From an uncultured Gemmatimonadales bacterium (GTDB lineage Bacteria; Gemmatimonadota; Gemmatimonadetes; Gemmatimonadales; GWC2-71-9), in assembly GCA_963798915.1 (NCBI GenBank), contig CAWCVB010000006.1:256001-320000 (forward strand): a stretch of 64,000 nucleotides of DNA, given 5' to 3'. Numbering within the stretch: the stretch's first letter is position 1; the number at the start of each line of letters is the position of its first letter. The notes under the pieces are model-generated. The model worked only from the letters and a program-made list of their open reading frames with translations. It had not been told where the DNA came from and ran no database searches. Both the position numbers and the translations under genes were made by a program. Positions 9,430-20,196 of this stretch are shown here, piece by piece.

Positions 9430-11521
9430 TCAGCCGGTGCGAAAGAATTCCGCCGCTCGCGGGAAACGCTCCATGATCCTCGCCCGCAGGACCCGGTTGG
9501 CGGAACTGACGAGCGCCGGGTCGTCGTCCAGGATGGCATCGGCGCGAATCCGTGCGATGGCGAGGAGGCCATCATCCTCCGGCACACGGGCAAACCGCAC
9601 GGCAAAGCCGCCTGACTGGCGAGTGCCGATCAGGTCACCCAGCCCGCGCTCCTGCAGGTCCATTTCGGCGATGCGAAAACCATCGTCAGTTGCTGCGAAC
9701 GCCTGAAGTCGTCTGGTCTCGCTCGCCGGAGCCGAGCAGGATGCAGTAACTCTCGGCGCCACCGCGTCCCACCCGTCCACGCAGCTGGTGCAACTGCGCG
9801 AGCCCGAACCGCTCGGGATGGTCAATCACCATGATCGTAGCGTTGGCCACATCGATGCCAACCTCGATCACCGTGGTCGCAACCAGGACACGGATCGCAC
9901 CCGAGCGGAAGCGCCGCATGACCGCATCCCGTTCCTCCGGCTTCAGGCGGCCGTGCACCAGCCCCACCTCGAGATCGGGCCAGTCGGCCGCAAGCTGGCG
10001 AGCCATGGTGCTCGCCGCCCGAAGATCAGCACGCTCCGACTCTTCGATGACCGGAAGCACGATATACGCCTGACCACCGTCGCGACATGCTTCGGCCACA
10101 AACTGGAAGACCCGGCTTCGCTGTTTGGGGCTGCGCACTGCGGTCCGGATGCTCCCTCGACCGGGCGGGCGCTCCCGCAGGATCGACACATCCAGGTCGC
10201 CAAACCGGGTCAGTGCGAGCGAGCGCGGGATCGGCGTAGCCGAGAGCAGCAGCACGTCGGGCGCGTCCCCCTTGCCGATCAGCGCCGCACGTTGCTCGAC
10301 CCCGAACCGGTGCTGTTCGTCGATGACCACCAGGCCCAGCCGGTCAAACGCAACGCCCTCCTGGAACAGGGCGTGGGTGCCAACCACGAGCTGGGCGCTG
10401 CCCGAGGCAAGCCGGTCACGTGCCGCACTCTTGGCGCCAGCCGCAAGCCGCCCCAGGAGCAGTTCCGGCGCCAGCTGCAGCGGCTCGAGCAGGCGCGACA
10501 GGGTGGCGTGGTGCTGCTCGGCCAGGAGTTCGGTCGGCGCCATCAGGGCCGCCTGGCGGCCATTCTCCAGCGCCAGCAGCATGGCAAACAGCGCGACGAT
10601 GGTCTTTCCCGTGCCGACGTCTCCCATCAGCAGCCGATGCATCCGCCGAGGGCTGGTCATGTCCTCCACCACCTCGCCGAGGGCCCGCTTCTGGTCGCCG
10701 GTCAGTTCGTACGGCAGGGCCGAGCGCAATTCCGTGGTCAGGGTGCGCTTGAGCTCGAACTCAAAGCCGCCGGCCCTCTCCCGTCGCGCCAGGCGACGGG
10801 CCCTGCCTAACGTCAATTGGAGGTCAAGCAGCTCGTCGAAGGCGAGCCGCTGCCGGCCCCGCTCAGCTTCATCCGCAGTGGCCGGCCGATGGACCATGCG
10901 AAGGGCCTCGCCGAGCGGTACGACATTCGCCGCTCGGCGCAGCGAGTCGGGCAAGGTGTCGCTCACCAGCGCCAGGAGAGTCTCGAGGTTGCGCTCGATC
11001 AGCGCACGCAACACTCGATGCGACAGACCCTCAGTTGCGGGATACACCGGCAACACCCGGCCCGCGTCGAGCGGGTTTTCGCTCTCATCCTCGGCGAGGA
11101 TCACATACTCGCGCGGCGCCATCTGCCGGCCGTGGTAGAACCGGATCGGGCCAGCGACGAGCAGCGCCTGCCCCTTCGCAATGGTACGGTCGAGGAAGGG
11201 TTGGCCTGGCCAGACGCACTCCAGCACGCCTGAGCCGTCACGGATCACCACACTGAAGATGCGGAGCCCGCGGCGCGTCGGGGTGACCGCTTTGGTGATC
11301 ACCATGCCGACGCAGGCCACGTCGTCGCCCACGCGCGCGCGCGCCACGGGCGTGACGCTCGACGCATCGATATAGCGGTGAGGAATGTGAAACAGCAGGT
11401 CGCCAGCCGTGACGATGCCCAGGCGCCCAAGGGCATCGGCGCGACGTTCGCCGACGCCCTTCAGGAACTTGACCGGCGTGTCCAGCTGCAGACCGGATGC
11501 CGGCCGCTGGCGCGTGGTCAG
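9430..11521 (-). CDS. recG: ATP-dependent DNA helicase RecG (probable CTG start; frameshift near 9705-9725)
   Basis: LKGVGERRADALGRLGI...DLLFHIPHRY N-terminus, GDVGTGKT, DEQHRFG, SATPIPR, QLHQLRGRVGRG; C-terminal TDDGFRIAEMDLQERGLGDLIGTRQSG lies in another frame. Confidence 0.92.
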
Positions 11522-12447
11522 GGCCTGCCGTCCTCGAGCAATGAGGCAGCGAAGGCGTGCGCGTCAAATGGCACGAGATCCGCGAGGCCCTCGCCGGTGC
11601 CAAGAAAGCGAATGGGCATCCCGAGCTCGCGCCGAAGCGCAGCCACCGCCCCGCCCCGGGCGCTGCCGTCGAGCTTGGTCACGATGATTCCGGTGGGTGG
11701 AATGGCCTGGGCAAAGAGTCGTCCCTGCTGGATGGCATTCTGGCCCACTGTTCCGTCCAGTACCAGGAGCGCCTCATGCGGCGCGCCTTCCACCCTCCGG
11801 GCCGCCACTCGCGCCACCTTCCGCAATTCATCCATCAGTCCTTCCTGCGTATGCAGCCGGCCGGCGGTGTCCACCAGCACAGTGTCCGCGCCCCGTGCGA
11901 CGGCGGCATCGACTGCATTGAACACCACCGCGGCGGGATCCCCTCCGGGCGCTCCACTGACGCAGGGCACGCCAAGGCGCTCCGCCCAGATCTGGAGCTG
12001 GGCGATGGCCCCGGCGCGATAGGTGTCGGCCGCAGCCAGCAGCACCCTCCGCTGGTGACTCACCAGCCGATGCGCCAGCTTGGCCACGCTGGTCGTCTTG
12101 CCTACACCGTTGACACCCATCATGAGCACGATGGTGGGCCCCGGACTCGCGGCCACGATCGAGGCCGGCTCGCCCGGGGATACCAGCAATCCCGCCAGCC
12201 GCTCCACCAGCCGGTCGTGCAGGTCGCGGTCGGTCCTGACCTTGCCATCGCGAATCAGGCGCTCAAGTTCGTCCGTCAATTCCAGTGTGGTGGCGACCCC
12301 GAAATCGGCTTCGATCAATATGCGCTCGATCTGCTCGAGGTCGTCCTGCTTCAGCCCGCGCACCAGTGCACCGACGTCGGTCATCGCAAACTGACGAATG
12401 CGCTGCCACACCGACAGCTTGCTGTCGCCGACACGTCCGGCGGTCAT
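11518..12447 (-). CDS. ftsY: Signal recognition particle receptor FtsY (NG domain only)
   Basis: GVNGVGKTTS, DTYRAGA, DTAGRLH, TKLDGSARGG, GTGEG; ATG 12447 with GGGAG SD. Confidence 0.95.
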   Translation of the reverse strand: MTAGRVGDSKLSVWQRIRQFAMTDVGALVRGLKQDDLEQIERILIEADFGVATTLELTDELERLIRDGKVRTDRDLHDRLVERLAGLLVSPGEPASIVAASPGPTIVLMMGVNGVGKTTSVAKLAHRLVSHQRRVLLAAADTYRAGAIAQLQIWAERLGVPCVSGAPGGDPAAVVFNAVDAAVARGADTVLVDTAGRLHTQEGLMDELRKVARVAARRVEGAPHEALLVLDGTVGQNAIQQGRLFAQAIPPTGIIVTKLDGSARGGAVAALRRELGMPIRFLGTGEGLADLVPFDAHAFAASLLEDGRP

Positions 12448-12479
12448 GCTCGCTCCCATCCGCAAGAGTTCATCATGAA

Positions 12480-14279
12480 TTATCGCAATCCCAGACGGCG
12501 GCGCCACCACCATTCCAGTGCAAGCGTGAGGATTGCAAGGCCGAAGAGCCAGCGCCAGTCGCGCGCGGCGGAACGTCCGGTCGGGACCACGCTCCGGGGC
12601 AGTTGGGCCGCGAGCGACTGCGAGCGCGGCAAGAGCTCGTCCGAGTAGCGCTCGACTGCCGCGCGCCCATGACCGCCCCGGTCGAGCCGCCACTCATATT
12701 TGCCGGGCGGCAGCCACAGCTGGGCCCGGCCGGCGGCGTCAAAGCGCAGTGTATCCGTTCCCGAGAGCGAATCGCCCGACCACGCGATGGCCAGATTCGT
12801 GGGGGAAGCGTTGCCGTTCCAGTCGAAGACCAAGGGTGTTCCCTGCTGCACCACTGTCCGCAGCAGTCTGGCGGCGCCCGGCGAGGTATCGGGCGCGGCC
12901 AACAGCCAACTGGTTGCGGCCGCCACCAGATTGCGGTACGCCTGTTCACCCTGCCCGCCCCGGAAATCCCAGCGCCAGAGGCCATCAATCGCAACCGTCA
13001 CCACCCGGCGATTGCCTTGCACTTGCCCCACAACGGCCGGGCGACGGGGACCGCGCCGACGGTCCTGCGCCTCCAGGGCCACCCAGTCTCCTGGCGACGG
13101 CGAAATTGTGGTCAGCCGGGTGGCTGGAGCAAGCGAATCAACAGGCAGCCCGAGAAATGCGCCACTGAGCGGAGTTCCCGACTGGGTCGAGATGTACCAG
13201 TCGCCCGTTGCGGCCGGCGCACCGGCCTGGCCAGAGGGCCAGAGGAGCAAGCCGCGGGCACGCGCGCCTGAGGTGAAGGGACGAGGATTCCCCTTGAGGA
13301 CCAGCAGGTCTGCGCCCCGTGCCGCGCGGGCCACGTCCTCGCTCGGCGCCACCTTCAGATCGCTCATCGAGCGGTATCGGCCCTGGCCCAGTTCGACATA
13401 GCCACGCACCGGGAGTTGGGCCACTTCGCGCAGCGTTCGGAAGAGCGTCCGCGAATCCCAGTCTCCTGGAGTAGCCACGAGGACGACGCCGGGCGTCGGG
13501 GCAACCGACACGGCCAGGATACGTGTGTCGGTGCGTGGCTCGCTGTCGGCATGCTCCAGGCTGAGAGTCAGCAGATGCATGCCTGCACCGAGACCGCGCG
13601 AACTGACCGCAAACCGCACCTGCTCGGCACCACCGGCAGCGAGATGAATCCGGTGCTGGCCCAGCATCCGCTCGCCATCTCGCACAGTGAGCGCCAACTC
13701 GCGCGCAGCGGCGCCGGACATGGCGCGTGCTTCTAAATCAATTGGAATCGAGTCCCCAGCCGTCACCCTGGACGGACCAGCCGCCCGGGACAGGGCGTAG
13801 TCGGGGACGGAGTCCCGCTGGAAGATGACGACGCGAGCACGGTCCCTCAGGTCCGGGGTGAGCTCGGCAGCGTCGTCAAGCTCACCGTCCGTGACGACAA
13901 CAACCGGGCGATCTGAGGCGGCCGCCGCCGTCAATGCCGGGGCCAGCCGCGAATGACCCCGGTTCGGCGCCGTATCAGCCGTGGACCGCTCGTCACCGAA
14001 GAACTGCACGTCGCCGAGCCGCGAAGCCGAGTCACGCGCCTGGGCCCAATGCCCACCAGGGACCTGCATGCTGAGCGACGCATCCAGGAGCACGATGGCG
14101 CGGCGGGACGCGGAGCGGACCGGAAACGAGACATTGAGGACGAGGAGGACGAGCGCTGACCAGGCGACGCCCCGTGCGAGCAGCGGACCCAGCAGCGCCC
14201 GCCCACCGCGCTCGAGAAACAGGTACGTAAGGGTGGCCAGGCCGAAGCCGGCCGCCAGCGCAGCCAGGATGAGGATCAC
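12480..14279 (-). CDS. Membrane-anchored VWA-domain protein
   Basis: Two N-terminal TMs, LLDASLSM MIDAS-like motif, VVVVTDG, Ig-like segment, C-terminal TM ending EWWWRRRLGLR. Confidence 0.75.
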   Translation of the reverse strand: MILILAALAAGFGLATLTYLFLERGGRALLGPLLARGVAWSALVLLVLNVSFPVRSASRRAIVLLDASLSMQVPGGHWAQARDSASRLGDVQFFGDERSTADTAPNRGHSRLAPALTAAAASDRPVVVVTDGELDDAAELTPDLRDRARVVIFQRDSVPDYALSRAAGPSRVTAGDSIPIDLEARAMSGAAARELALTVRDGERMLGQHRIHLAAGGAEQVRFAVSSRGLGAGMHLLTLSLEHADSEPRTDTRILAVSVAPTPGVVLVATPGDWDSRTLFRTLREVAQLPVRGYVELGQGRYRSMSDLKVAPSEDVARAARGADLLVLKGNPRPFTSGARARGLLLWPSGQAGAPAATGDWYISTQSGTPLSGAFLGLPVDSLAPATRLTTISPSPGDWVALEAQDRRRGPRRPAVVGQVQGNRRVVTVAIDGLWRWDFRGGQGEQAYRNLVAAATSWLLAAPDTSPGAARLLRTVVQQGTPLVFDWNGNASPTNLAIAWSGDSLSGTDTLRFDAAGRAQLWLPPGKYEWRLDRGGHGRAAVERYSDELLPRSQSLAAQLPRSVVPTGRSAARDWRWLFGLAILTLALEWWWRRRLGLR

Positions 14280-14285
14280 GGGTAC

Positions 14286-14314
14286 AAGATGCCGCGGTTG
14301 CGGCGGGGATCCAA
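14286..14314 (-). promoter_or_regulatory. Putative leaderless sigma70 promoter
   Basis: TTGGAT-N17-CATCTT, 6 nt before GTG 14279, no SD. Confidence 0.4.
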
Positions 14315-14372
14315 CTCGGGGAAAGCAATCACTGCCACAGCTACGGGCCGGCTGACGGCCCGGTTTCGGACG

Positions 14373-15635
14373 TCAGTTCGTGGCCACCGCGGCCATGATC
14401 TGGATCGGCCCTGACGGGGTCTCGTAGAGCATCGCGGCGAGACGCTCGCGGTCCTGGTCGAATGCCTTCCGCTCCGACTTGGCCACTGGAGCGCCGTTGC
14501 CAAGCTCCACCCGACGGGAATCCTTCGCGACCCCGTTCACCCGGAACTCGTAGTGAAGATGCGGGCCGGTGGCGAGCCCGGTCTGGCCCACCTTGCCGAT
14601 AATCTGTCCCTGGTGAACCTTGGCTCCCCGATGGGTGAGAATCCGACTCAGATGACCGTAGCGGGTCGTGATGCCGTTCCGATGGCGGATCTCAATCAGG
14701 TTCCCGTATCCGCCGGCCCGACCGGCCCGGATCACCGTTCCATCACCAGATGCCATGACCGGCGTTCCGACATTTGCGGCAAAGTCGGTGCCCTCATGCT
14801 TGCGGGTATAGCCAAGCACCGGGTGGAACCGCGCCCGGGTAAATCCGGAGGAAATTCGGCGGAACTCGACCGGCGCGCGCAGGAACGCACGCTTGAGTGA
14901 GTTGCCGTCGGCATCGTAGAAGCTGCTCCCGTCGGCCCCGGCAAAACGGAACGCGGTATACTGCCGGTTGTCCACGGACAGATCGCTCGCCAGGACCCGC
15001 CCGAAGCGAACCTCACCTTCATCAGAGACCAGGCGTTCGAGCACCACGGTGAAGTGGTCACCGGCCCTGATGTCACGGGAGAAGTCCACTTCCCAGGCAA
15101 AGACATCGGCCAGGGCCCAGGCGAGATTCACCCGCTGGCGGTCATCGAGCACGCTATCGGGGATCTGGCGGTCAAGGGCCACGTACAGCGAATTCTGGAT
15201 ATCGCCGGATGCGCGCACCACTTCCGGATGCCAGGCGATGGAATCCACTCCGGCCGACCACTGGTCGGCCTCCCGGCTGAAGAGCACCCGCTGCTCGGGG
15301 CCGGTACGGACGCTGACCCGGTCGGGAACGGAGTCGGTCACTGGGCGACGGAAGTTGAACACCAGCCCGGCGCGAAGCCGGCGCGGGTCAAGCGCATTGG
15401 TGAGGCTCGCCAGGTTGACGCCGACGATCTTGTGTCTGGTGAGCAGCTCGGACAGAGTCTCGCCCGAGTGCAGGGTGTCTACCAGGTGACGGTGGGTTGG
15501 TGCAGCTGGAGTGGTGTCGGCCCCATTTCCGGCGGCCGGTGCTTCGGCGAGCCGGGTCCAGGGCCAGTGTCCTGCTGCCGCGAAATACGCGGCCGCCGTG
15601 AAGACCGCCACGGCGGCCAGATTCCGGAAGCGCAT
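14373..15635 (-). CDS. M23 peptidoglycan DD-endopeptidase (MepM/OapA-like)
   Basis: N-terminal TM, HEGTDFA, GYGN, TRYGHL, ATGPHLHYEF. Confidence 0.92.
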   Translation of the reverse strand: MRFRNLAAVAVFTAAAYFAAAGHWPWTRLAEAPAAGNGADTTPAAPTHRHLVDTLHSGETLSELLTRHKIVGVNLASLTNALDPRRLRAGLVFNFRRPVTDSVPDRVSVRTGPEQRVLFSREADQWSAGVDSIAWHPEVVRASGDIQNSLYVALDRQIPDSVLDDRQRVNLAWALADVFAWEVDFSRDIRAGDHFTVVLERLVSDEGEVRFGRVLASDLSVDNRQYTAFRFAGADGSSFYDADGNSLKRAFLRAPVEFRRISSGFTRARFHPVLGYTRKHEGTDFAANVGTPVMASGDGTVIRAGRAGGYGNLIEIRHRNGITTRYGHLSRILTHRGAKVHQGQIIGKVGQTGLATGPHLHYEFRVNGVAKDSRRVELGNGAPVAKSERKAFDQDRERLAAMLYETPSGPIQIMAAVATN

Positions 15636-15637
15636 GC

Positions 15638-16840
15638 TCAATCCATCTGCCTGCGGATAAAGGTCGGGATTTCCATTTCCGGCATGTCGCCGCTCGAACC
15701 CGCTCCGCTGCCGGAGCTGCCGGCAGCCGGGGCCGGCGGCCGAGGAACTGCTCTGGTCGAACCTGCTGCCGGTGTCTGCATGCCGGCGGAGGCAGCACGC
15801 TTCGTGCCAGCGGCCGGAAACGGCAGCACTGTCGTTCCACCGGCACGCGAGCTGGCGATGCCCTGGTCGGAGCCGGTCACCGCGCGGTCGAAACCGGTGG
15901 CAATGACCGTCACGCGCACTTCGCCGTGCATGGCGGCGTCGCGGCCGGCGCCGAAGATGATTTCCGCCTCGTCACCCACGGCATCGTGGATGATGTCATT
16001 GATCTGGGTCACTTCTCCGAGGGTGAGGTCATCTCCGCCGATGATGTTGATCAGCACGCCGGTGGCGCCGGCAATCGAGACGTTGTCAAGCAAGGGGCTG
16101 GAAATCGCCTGCTGGGCTGCCTCGAGCGCCCGCGTGTCGCCGCGACCGATCCCGGTTCCCATCAGGGCCGCGCCGCCGTTCTGCATCACGGTGCGGACGT
16201 CGGCAAAGTCCACATTGATGATGCCGGTGGCGGTGATCAGGCTGGCGATGCCCTGGGTGGCGTGCAGCAGGACCTCATCGGCCTTCTTGAGCGCATCCTG
16301 GAATGGAATGCCCTTCCCCACGACCGCGAGCAGACGCTCGTTGGGCACGACGATCATCGTATCCACGCTCTTGCGCATCTCGCCGATGCCGTTCTCGGCC
16401 TGCCTCATGCGCTTTCGCCCTTCGAAAAGGAAAGGCTTCGTGACGATGCCGACGGTGAGCGCGCCCGCTTCGCGCGCCAGTTGGGAGATGATGGGAGCGG
16501 CGCCGGTGCCCGTCCCGCCGCCCATGCCGCAGGTGATGAAGACCATGTCCGCCCCCTGCACATGGGGCATGATCTCGTCCCGGTTCTCTTCCATGGCCTG
16601 GCGGCCGATTTCGGGCCGGGCGCCGGCGCCGAGTCCCCGGGTGAGCTTGCGCCCGATCTGCAGTTTCACGTCGGAGCGCGAATTCTCGAGCGCCTGGGCA
16701 TCGGTATTCACCGAAATGAACTCGACGCCCTGCAGTCCCTCTTCGATCATTCGGTTGACCGCATTTCCACCGCCCCCGCCCACGCCGACCACTTTCATCC
16801 GCGCGCTTTGCGCGCCGCTTTCTTCCAGCTCAAAAATCAT
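15638..16840 (-). CDS. ftsZ: Cell division protein FtsZ
   Basis: [30 protein letters not shown]-terminal [14 protein letters not shown] 16840 with GAAGGGG SD. Confidence 0.99.
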   Translation of the reverse strand: MIFELEESGAQSARMKVVGVGGGGGNAVNRMIEEGLQGVEFISVNTDAQALENSRSDVKLQIGRKLTRGLGAGARPEIGRQAMEENRDEIMPHVQGADMVFITCGMGGGTGTGAAPIISQLAREAGALTVGIVTKPFLFEGRKRMRQAENGIGEMRKSVDTMIVVPNERLLAVVGKGIPFQDALKKADEVLLHATQGIASLITATGIINVDFADVRTVMQNGGAALMGTGIGRGDTRALEAAQQAISSPLLDNVSIAGATGVLINIIGGDDLTLGEVTQINDIIHDAVGDEAEIIFGAGRDAAMHGEVRVTVIATGFDRAVTGSDQGIASSRAGGTTVLPFPAAGTKRAASAGMQTPAAGSTRAVPRPPAPAAGSSGSGAGSSGDMPEMEIPTFIRRQMD

Positions 16841-16861
16841 GGCATCCCCTTCCGGCACGAC

Positions 16862-18112
16862 TCAGAAGAAATCCTGCAACCAGCGCTTGACGGGCGCGAA
16901 ATATCGGTCAACACCGAGCGACCGTCGGCCGCCGGTTCCAAATCCACTCATCAGGGACTGACGCGCGCCATAGAGCACGAGCCCTGCCGGCACGGCAAAG
17001 GCCGGCGATTCGACGCTGTCGGCGAGTCCGCGGAGGTGTTGGCCCGGCACGCCGGTGCGCGCCGGCATGGCGAAGACCTCGCGCGCAAGCTCGACGATGC
17101 CGGGTGCCTGCGCGCCGCCCCCGGTGAGGACCACGCCAGCGGGCAAGTGCTGGCTGAACCCTGCGCGGGTGATTTCGTCACTCGCGTATTCGAGGACTTC
17201 CTGCATGCGCATGTGCATGATATGCGCGAGCACTCGCCGATGCGCATTGCGCGCGCCCTGTCCTGGCGTGCTCGGCAGGTCGAACAGGTCCTGCTCCGGC
17301 ACCAGTGGCTCGTACGCCGCACCGTACCGCTCCTTCAAGCGCTCCGCGTCAAGCTGGGTCACCTGCAGGCCGTGAACAATGTCCCCGGTCACATGTCCGC
17401 CAGCGCAGAGCAGCGAGGCGGTGTGACGAATCTTCCCACCCTGGAAAATCGCGACGTTTGTCGACCCGCCGCCCAGTTCCACGATGGCACAGCCCAGTTC
17501 CCGTTCGTCTGGTGTGAGCACCGCCAGCGAAGCCGCGAGTGGCTCCAGGACGAACTCAGCCACCTGGTGCCCTGCCCGTTCCACGCATTTGCGCAGGTTC
17601 TGCATGGCACTCGACAGCACCGTGACAAGATAGACCTCGGCCTCGAGCCGGGAGCCGGTCATCCCGATCGGATCGGTAATGCCGGCCTGCTGGTCGATCA
17701 GGTAATCCTGCGGAATGGCGTGCAGCAGTTCGTGGTCCCGGCCAAACGAGATGTTGCTCGCCATGTCATTGACTCGCGCAACATCGCCCGTGCGAATCTC
17801 GTCGCCCGTGACGCTGACCATGCCGTGGCTGCTGCGCCCCGCGACATGTTCACCGGCGATGCCGCAATAGACCGTCCCGACCTCGAGGCCCGCCATCCGC
17901 TGCGCATCGCGCATGGCGCGGCCAATGGCCCGGGTCGTCTCCTCGATGTCGCGCACCACCCCGCGCCGGACGCCGGCGCTCCGCTCGACACCGACTCCGA
18001 GAATCTTGGCGCCAGGGGCACGGGCGTCGCCCGTCACTTCAGCGACCAGGCCGATCACCTTGGTGGACCCAATATCGAGGGCGGCGACCAGGCGGTCGGC
18101 CTGGACGCTCAC
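16862..18112 (-). CDS. ftsA: Cell division protein FtsA
   Basis: ALDIGSTKV, GMTGSRLEAEV, ELGGGSTN, GVVLTGGGAQ, C-terminal amphipathic helix. Confidence 0.97.
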   Translation of the reverse strand: MSVQADRLVAALDIGSTKVIGLVAEVTGDARAPGAKILGVGVERSAGVRRGVVRDIEETTRAIGRAMRDAQRMAGLEVGTVYCGIAGEHVAGRSSHGMVSVTGDEIRTGDVARVNDMASNISFGRDHELLHAIPQDYLIDQQAGITDPIGMTGSRLEAEVYLVTVLSSAMQNLRKCVERAGHQVAEFVLEPLAASLAVLTPDERELGCAIVELGGGSTNVAIFQGGKIRHTASLLCAGGHVTGDIVHGLQVTQLDAERLKERYGAAYEPLVPEQDLFDLPSTPGQGARNAHRRVLAHIMHMRMQEVLEYASDEITRAGFSQHLPAGVVLTGGGAQAPGIVELAREVFAMPARTGVPGQHLRGLADSVESPAFAVPAGLVLYGARQSLMSGFGTGGRRSLGVDRYFAPVKRWLQDFF

Positions 18113-18780
18113 GAACCACCCCGGACGACGACATAGCCGGCAAACCGGCCATCCAGTTCGCCGAACGCGTTGCCCTTCCGGGTCAGGTCCGCCGCCACAA
18201 GCATCACTGCACGCATCTCCTCTGCCGATGCATCTGGCCGGAACACGAATTGCCGGCCGTCCACTGTAAGGACCACGTCCGTACCCCGCATGCGGGCGGC
18301 CGTCACCTTCGCATACAGGGCGGGATCTGCCGCTTGCACGGCCTCGAGCAGCCGACCGATCGATCGGGAAGGCTGAGCAGCGATCGGCAGGTCCGGCGCC
18401 GAACGCAGCGGATCAAATGGCAGGATCGCCCCCATGGCGTCCATCAGCCGGAGCAGCCCCTGACGCGGCACCAGCGCCACCGGCCTGGCCTCGCGGACCC
18501 GAACGATCAGCGTCCCTGGCAATCGCCGTCCCACCTCGACCGCCTGCACGCCAGGGATCCGCCCTGCCCTGGCCCGGACCGCATCGAGGTCGTCGAACAC
18601 GCTCAGCGTCTTCGGCAGCGCGAGCGCGGCCAGGGCAGCCTCAGCCGACTGGAACCGAAGCCCGACAAACTCCACCTGGCGTACCCGGAAGAAGCGCATT
18701 CGCCGAGCCAGAGACGGCACGCCCAGCCAGGCGACCGTGGCGATGACCGCCGCTCCGAGCACCAGCCACCGACGCTTCAT
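18109..18780 (-). CDS. ftsQ: Cell division protein FtsQ/DivIB
   Basis: TM plus POTRA (VEVGRRLPGTLIVRVREARPVA), C-terminal ELDGRF; position between murC and ftsA. Confidence 0.88.
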   Translation of the reverse strand: MKRRWLVLGAAVIATVAWLGVPSLARRMRFFRVRQVEFVGLRFQSAEAALAALALPKTLSVFDDLDAVRARAGRIPGVQAVEVGRRLPGTLIVRVREARPVALVPRQGLLRLMDAMGAILPFDPLRSAPDLPIAAQPSRSIGRLLEAVQAADPALYAKVTAARMRGTDVVLTVDGRQFVFRPDASAEEMRAVMLVAADLTRKGNAFGELDGRFAGYVVVRGGS

Positions 18781-20150
18781 CCGGCCGATAGCACCGACAT
18801 CAGCTGGGGCCCGACCCGGGTGATATCGCCCGCGCCAAGCGTCAGGACCAGGTCGCCTGGCCGCGCGGCGGCCCGCACCGCCGCAGCCAGCGCGGCCCGG
18901 TCAGCCTCGTACGTCACGTCGGCGCCGGCCTGGGAGGCGGCCGAGGCCACCAGCTCGCCGGTGACGCCAGGCAGCGGTGACTCACGCGCGCCGTATACAT
19001 CCGCGACAATGACGACATCGGCCGCCGCGAGGGCCTGCCCCATCGCTTCGCCGTGTTGCTGTGTTCGTGAATACAGATGCGGCTGAAATACTGCCACCAG
19101 CCGACGTTCCGGGTACGCCTGCCGCGCCGCCGCGAGCGTCGCGACGAGTTCGGAGGGATGGTGGGCATAGTCATCCACGAAGACTATTCCACCCGCTTCG
19201 CCTAGCTGCTCAAAACGCCGGCCAACGCCGCCAAAGTCGGCGAGTGCTTCCAGCGCTCGTTCCACCGAGCCGCCCAGCGCTGCCACGGCTCCCAAGGCCC
19301 CGGCGGCATTCCGGACGTTATGCATTCCAGGCACTTTCAGCCTCAGCCTGACCCGCCGGCCATCGGGCATGCGGAGCTCGGCACCTGATCCGGTTGCGTC
19401 CTGGCTGACCGGTCCGATTCTCAGATCGGAGTCCGGCGCGGTGCCGAATCGCCACACACGATTGCGGAGGCCAGCCGCGACCCGCCGGGCGCCGGCGTCT
19501 TCGGCACCAATGATCACCGTGTCTGCCCGGTTGGCAAACTCGCCAAACGCCGATTCCAACTGCGCCACCGAACCGTAGCACTCGAGGTGATCCGGCTCCA
19601 CATTGTTGATGATGGCCACCGTGGGGCGCAACGCCAGGAATGCCTGGTCGTACTCGTCGGCTTCAACGACGTACAGGTCAGTGCCACCCAACCGGGTGTT
19701 GCCGTTCCACTGGCCTACCCGGCCACCAGCGAGCCCGGTGGGCGCAAGCCCCGCAGCCTCGAGAGCGGTGGTGGCCATCACGGTTGTGGTGGTCTTCCCG
19801 TGGGTGCCGGCCGCTGCCACCACGGTGGCACCGTTGACCAGGCGACCCAGCGCTTCCTTCCGCGGCACCACGGGTATCCCCGCCTCGCGGGCCTGCGCCA
19901 ACTCGGGATGGCTATCGGGAATCGCGGCCGTCACCACCACGGCACGCGCACCGGTTACATGCGAAGGATCATGCCCCTGCACCACCCGGGCACCATTGGC
20001 GATGACGTCGCTCGCGCCGGCCAGGTCGGTATCACACCCTGTGACCTCGATGCCACGCCGACACGCCAGCAAGGCCAAGGCGCTCATCCCGGCGCCACCG
20101 ACCCCCATGAAATGCACCGGACGCCGGTCGGCGGGGTTGAAAAGGTCCAT
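18777..20150 (-). CDS. murC: UDP-N-acetylmuramate--L-alanine ligase
   Basis: HFMGVGGAGMS, GTHGKTTT, EADEYD, DDYAHHP, FQPHLYSRT. Confidence 0.97.
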   Translation of the reverse strand: MDLFNPADRRPVHFMGVGGAGMSALALLACRRGIEVTGCDTDLAGASDVIANGARVVQGHDPSHVTGARAVVVTAAIPDSHPELAQAREAGIPVVPRKEALGRLVNGATVVAAAGTHGKTTTTVMATTALEAAGLAPTGLAGGRVGQWNGNTRLGGTDLYVVEADEYDQAFLALRPTVAIINNVEPDHLECYGSVAQLESAFGEFANRADTVIIGAEDAGARRVAAGLRNRVWRFGTAPDSDLRIGPVSQDATGSGAELRMPDGRRVRLRLKVPGMHNVRNAAGALGAVAALGGSVERALEALADFGGVGRRFEQLGEAGGIVFVDDYAHHPSELVATLAAARQAYPERRLVAVFQPHLYSRTQQHGEAMGQALAAADVVIVADVYGARESPLPGVTGELVASAASQAGADVTYEADRAALAAAVRAAARPGDLVLTLGAGDITRVGPQLMSVLSAG

Positions 20151-20162
20151 CGTGGTTGCGCT

Positions 20163-20190
20163 AATGTAAAATCCTGCCAGCATTTGCGAA
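20163..20190 (-). promoter_or_regulatory. Putative internal dcw promoter upstream of murC
   Basis: AT-rich gap with TTCGCA-N16-TACATT, 12 nt before ATG 20150. Confidence 0.4.
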
Positions 20191-20196
20191 AGACTA

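Noticed and set aside
15054..18136. Long plus-strand ORFs (635 and 736 aa) opposite ftsZ/ftsA, and similar ones at 47178-49130, 54943-56781 and 61261-63213
   Set aside because: Antisense shadows of conserved high-GC genes; no recognisable motifs
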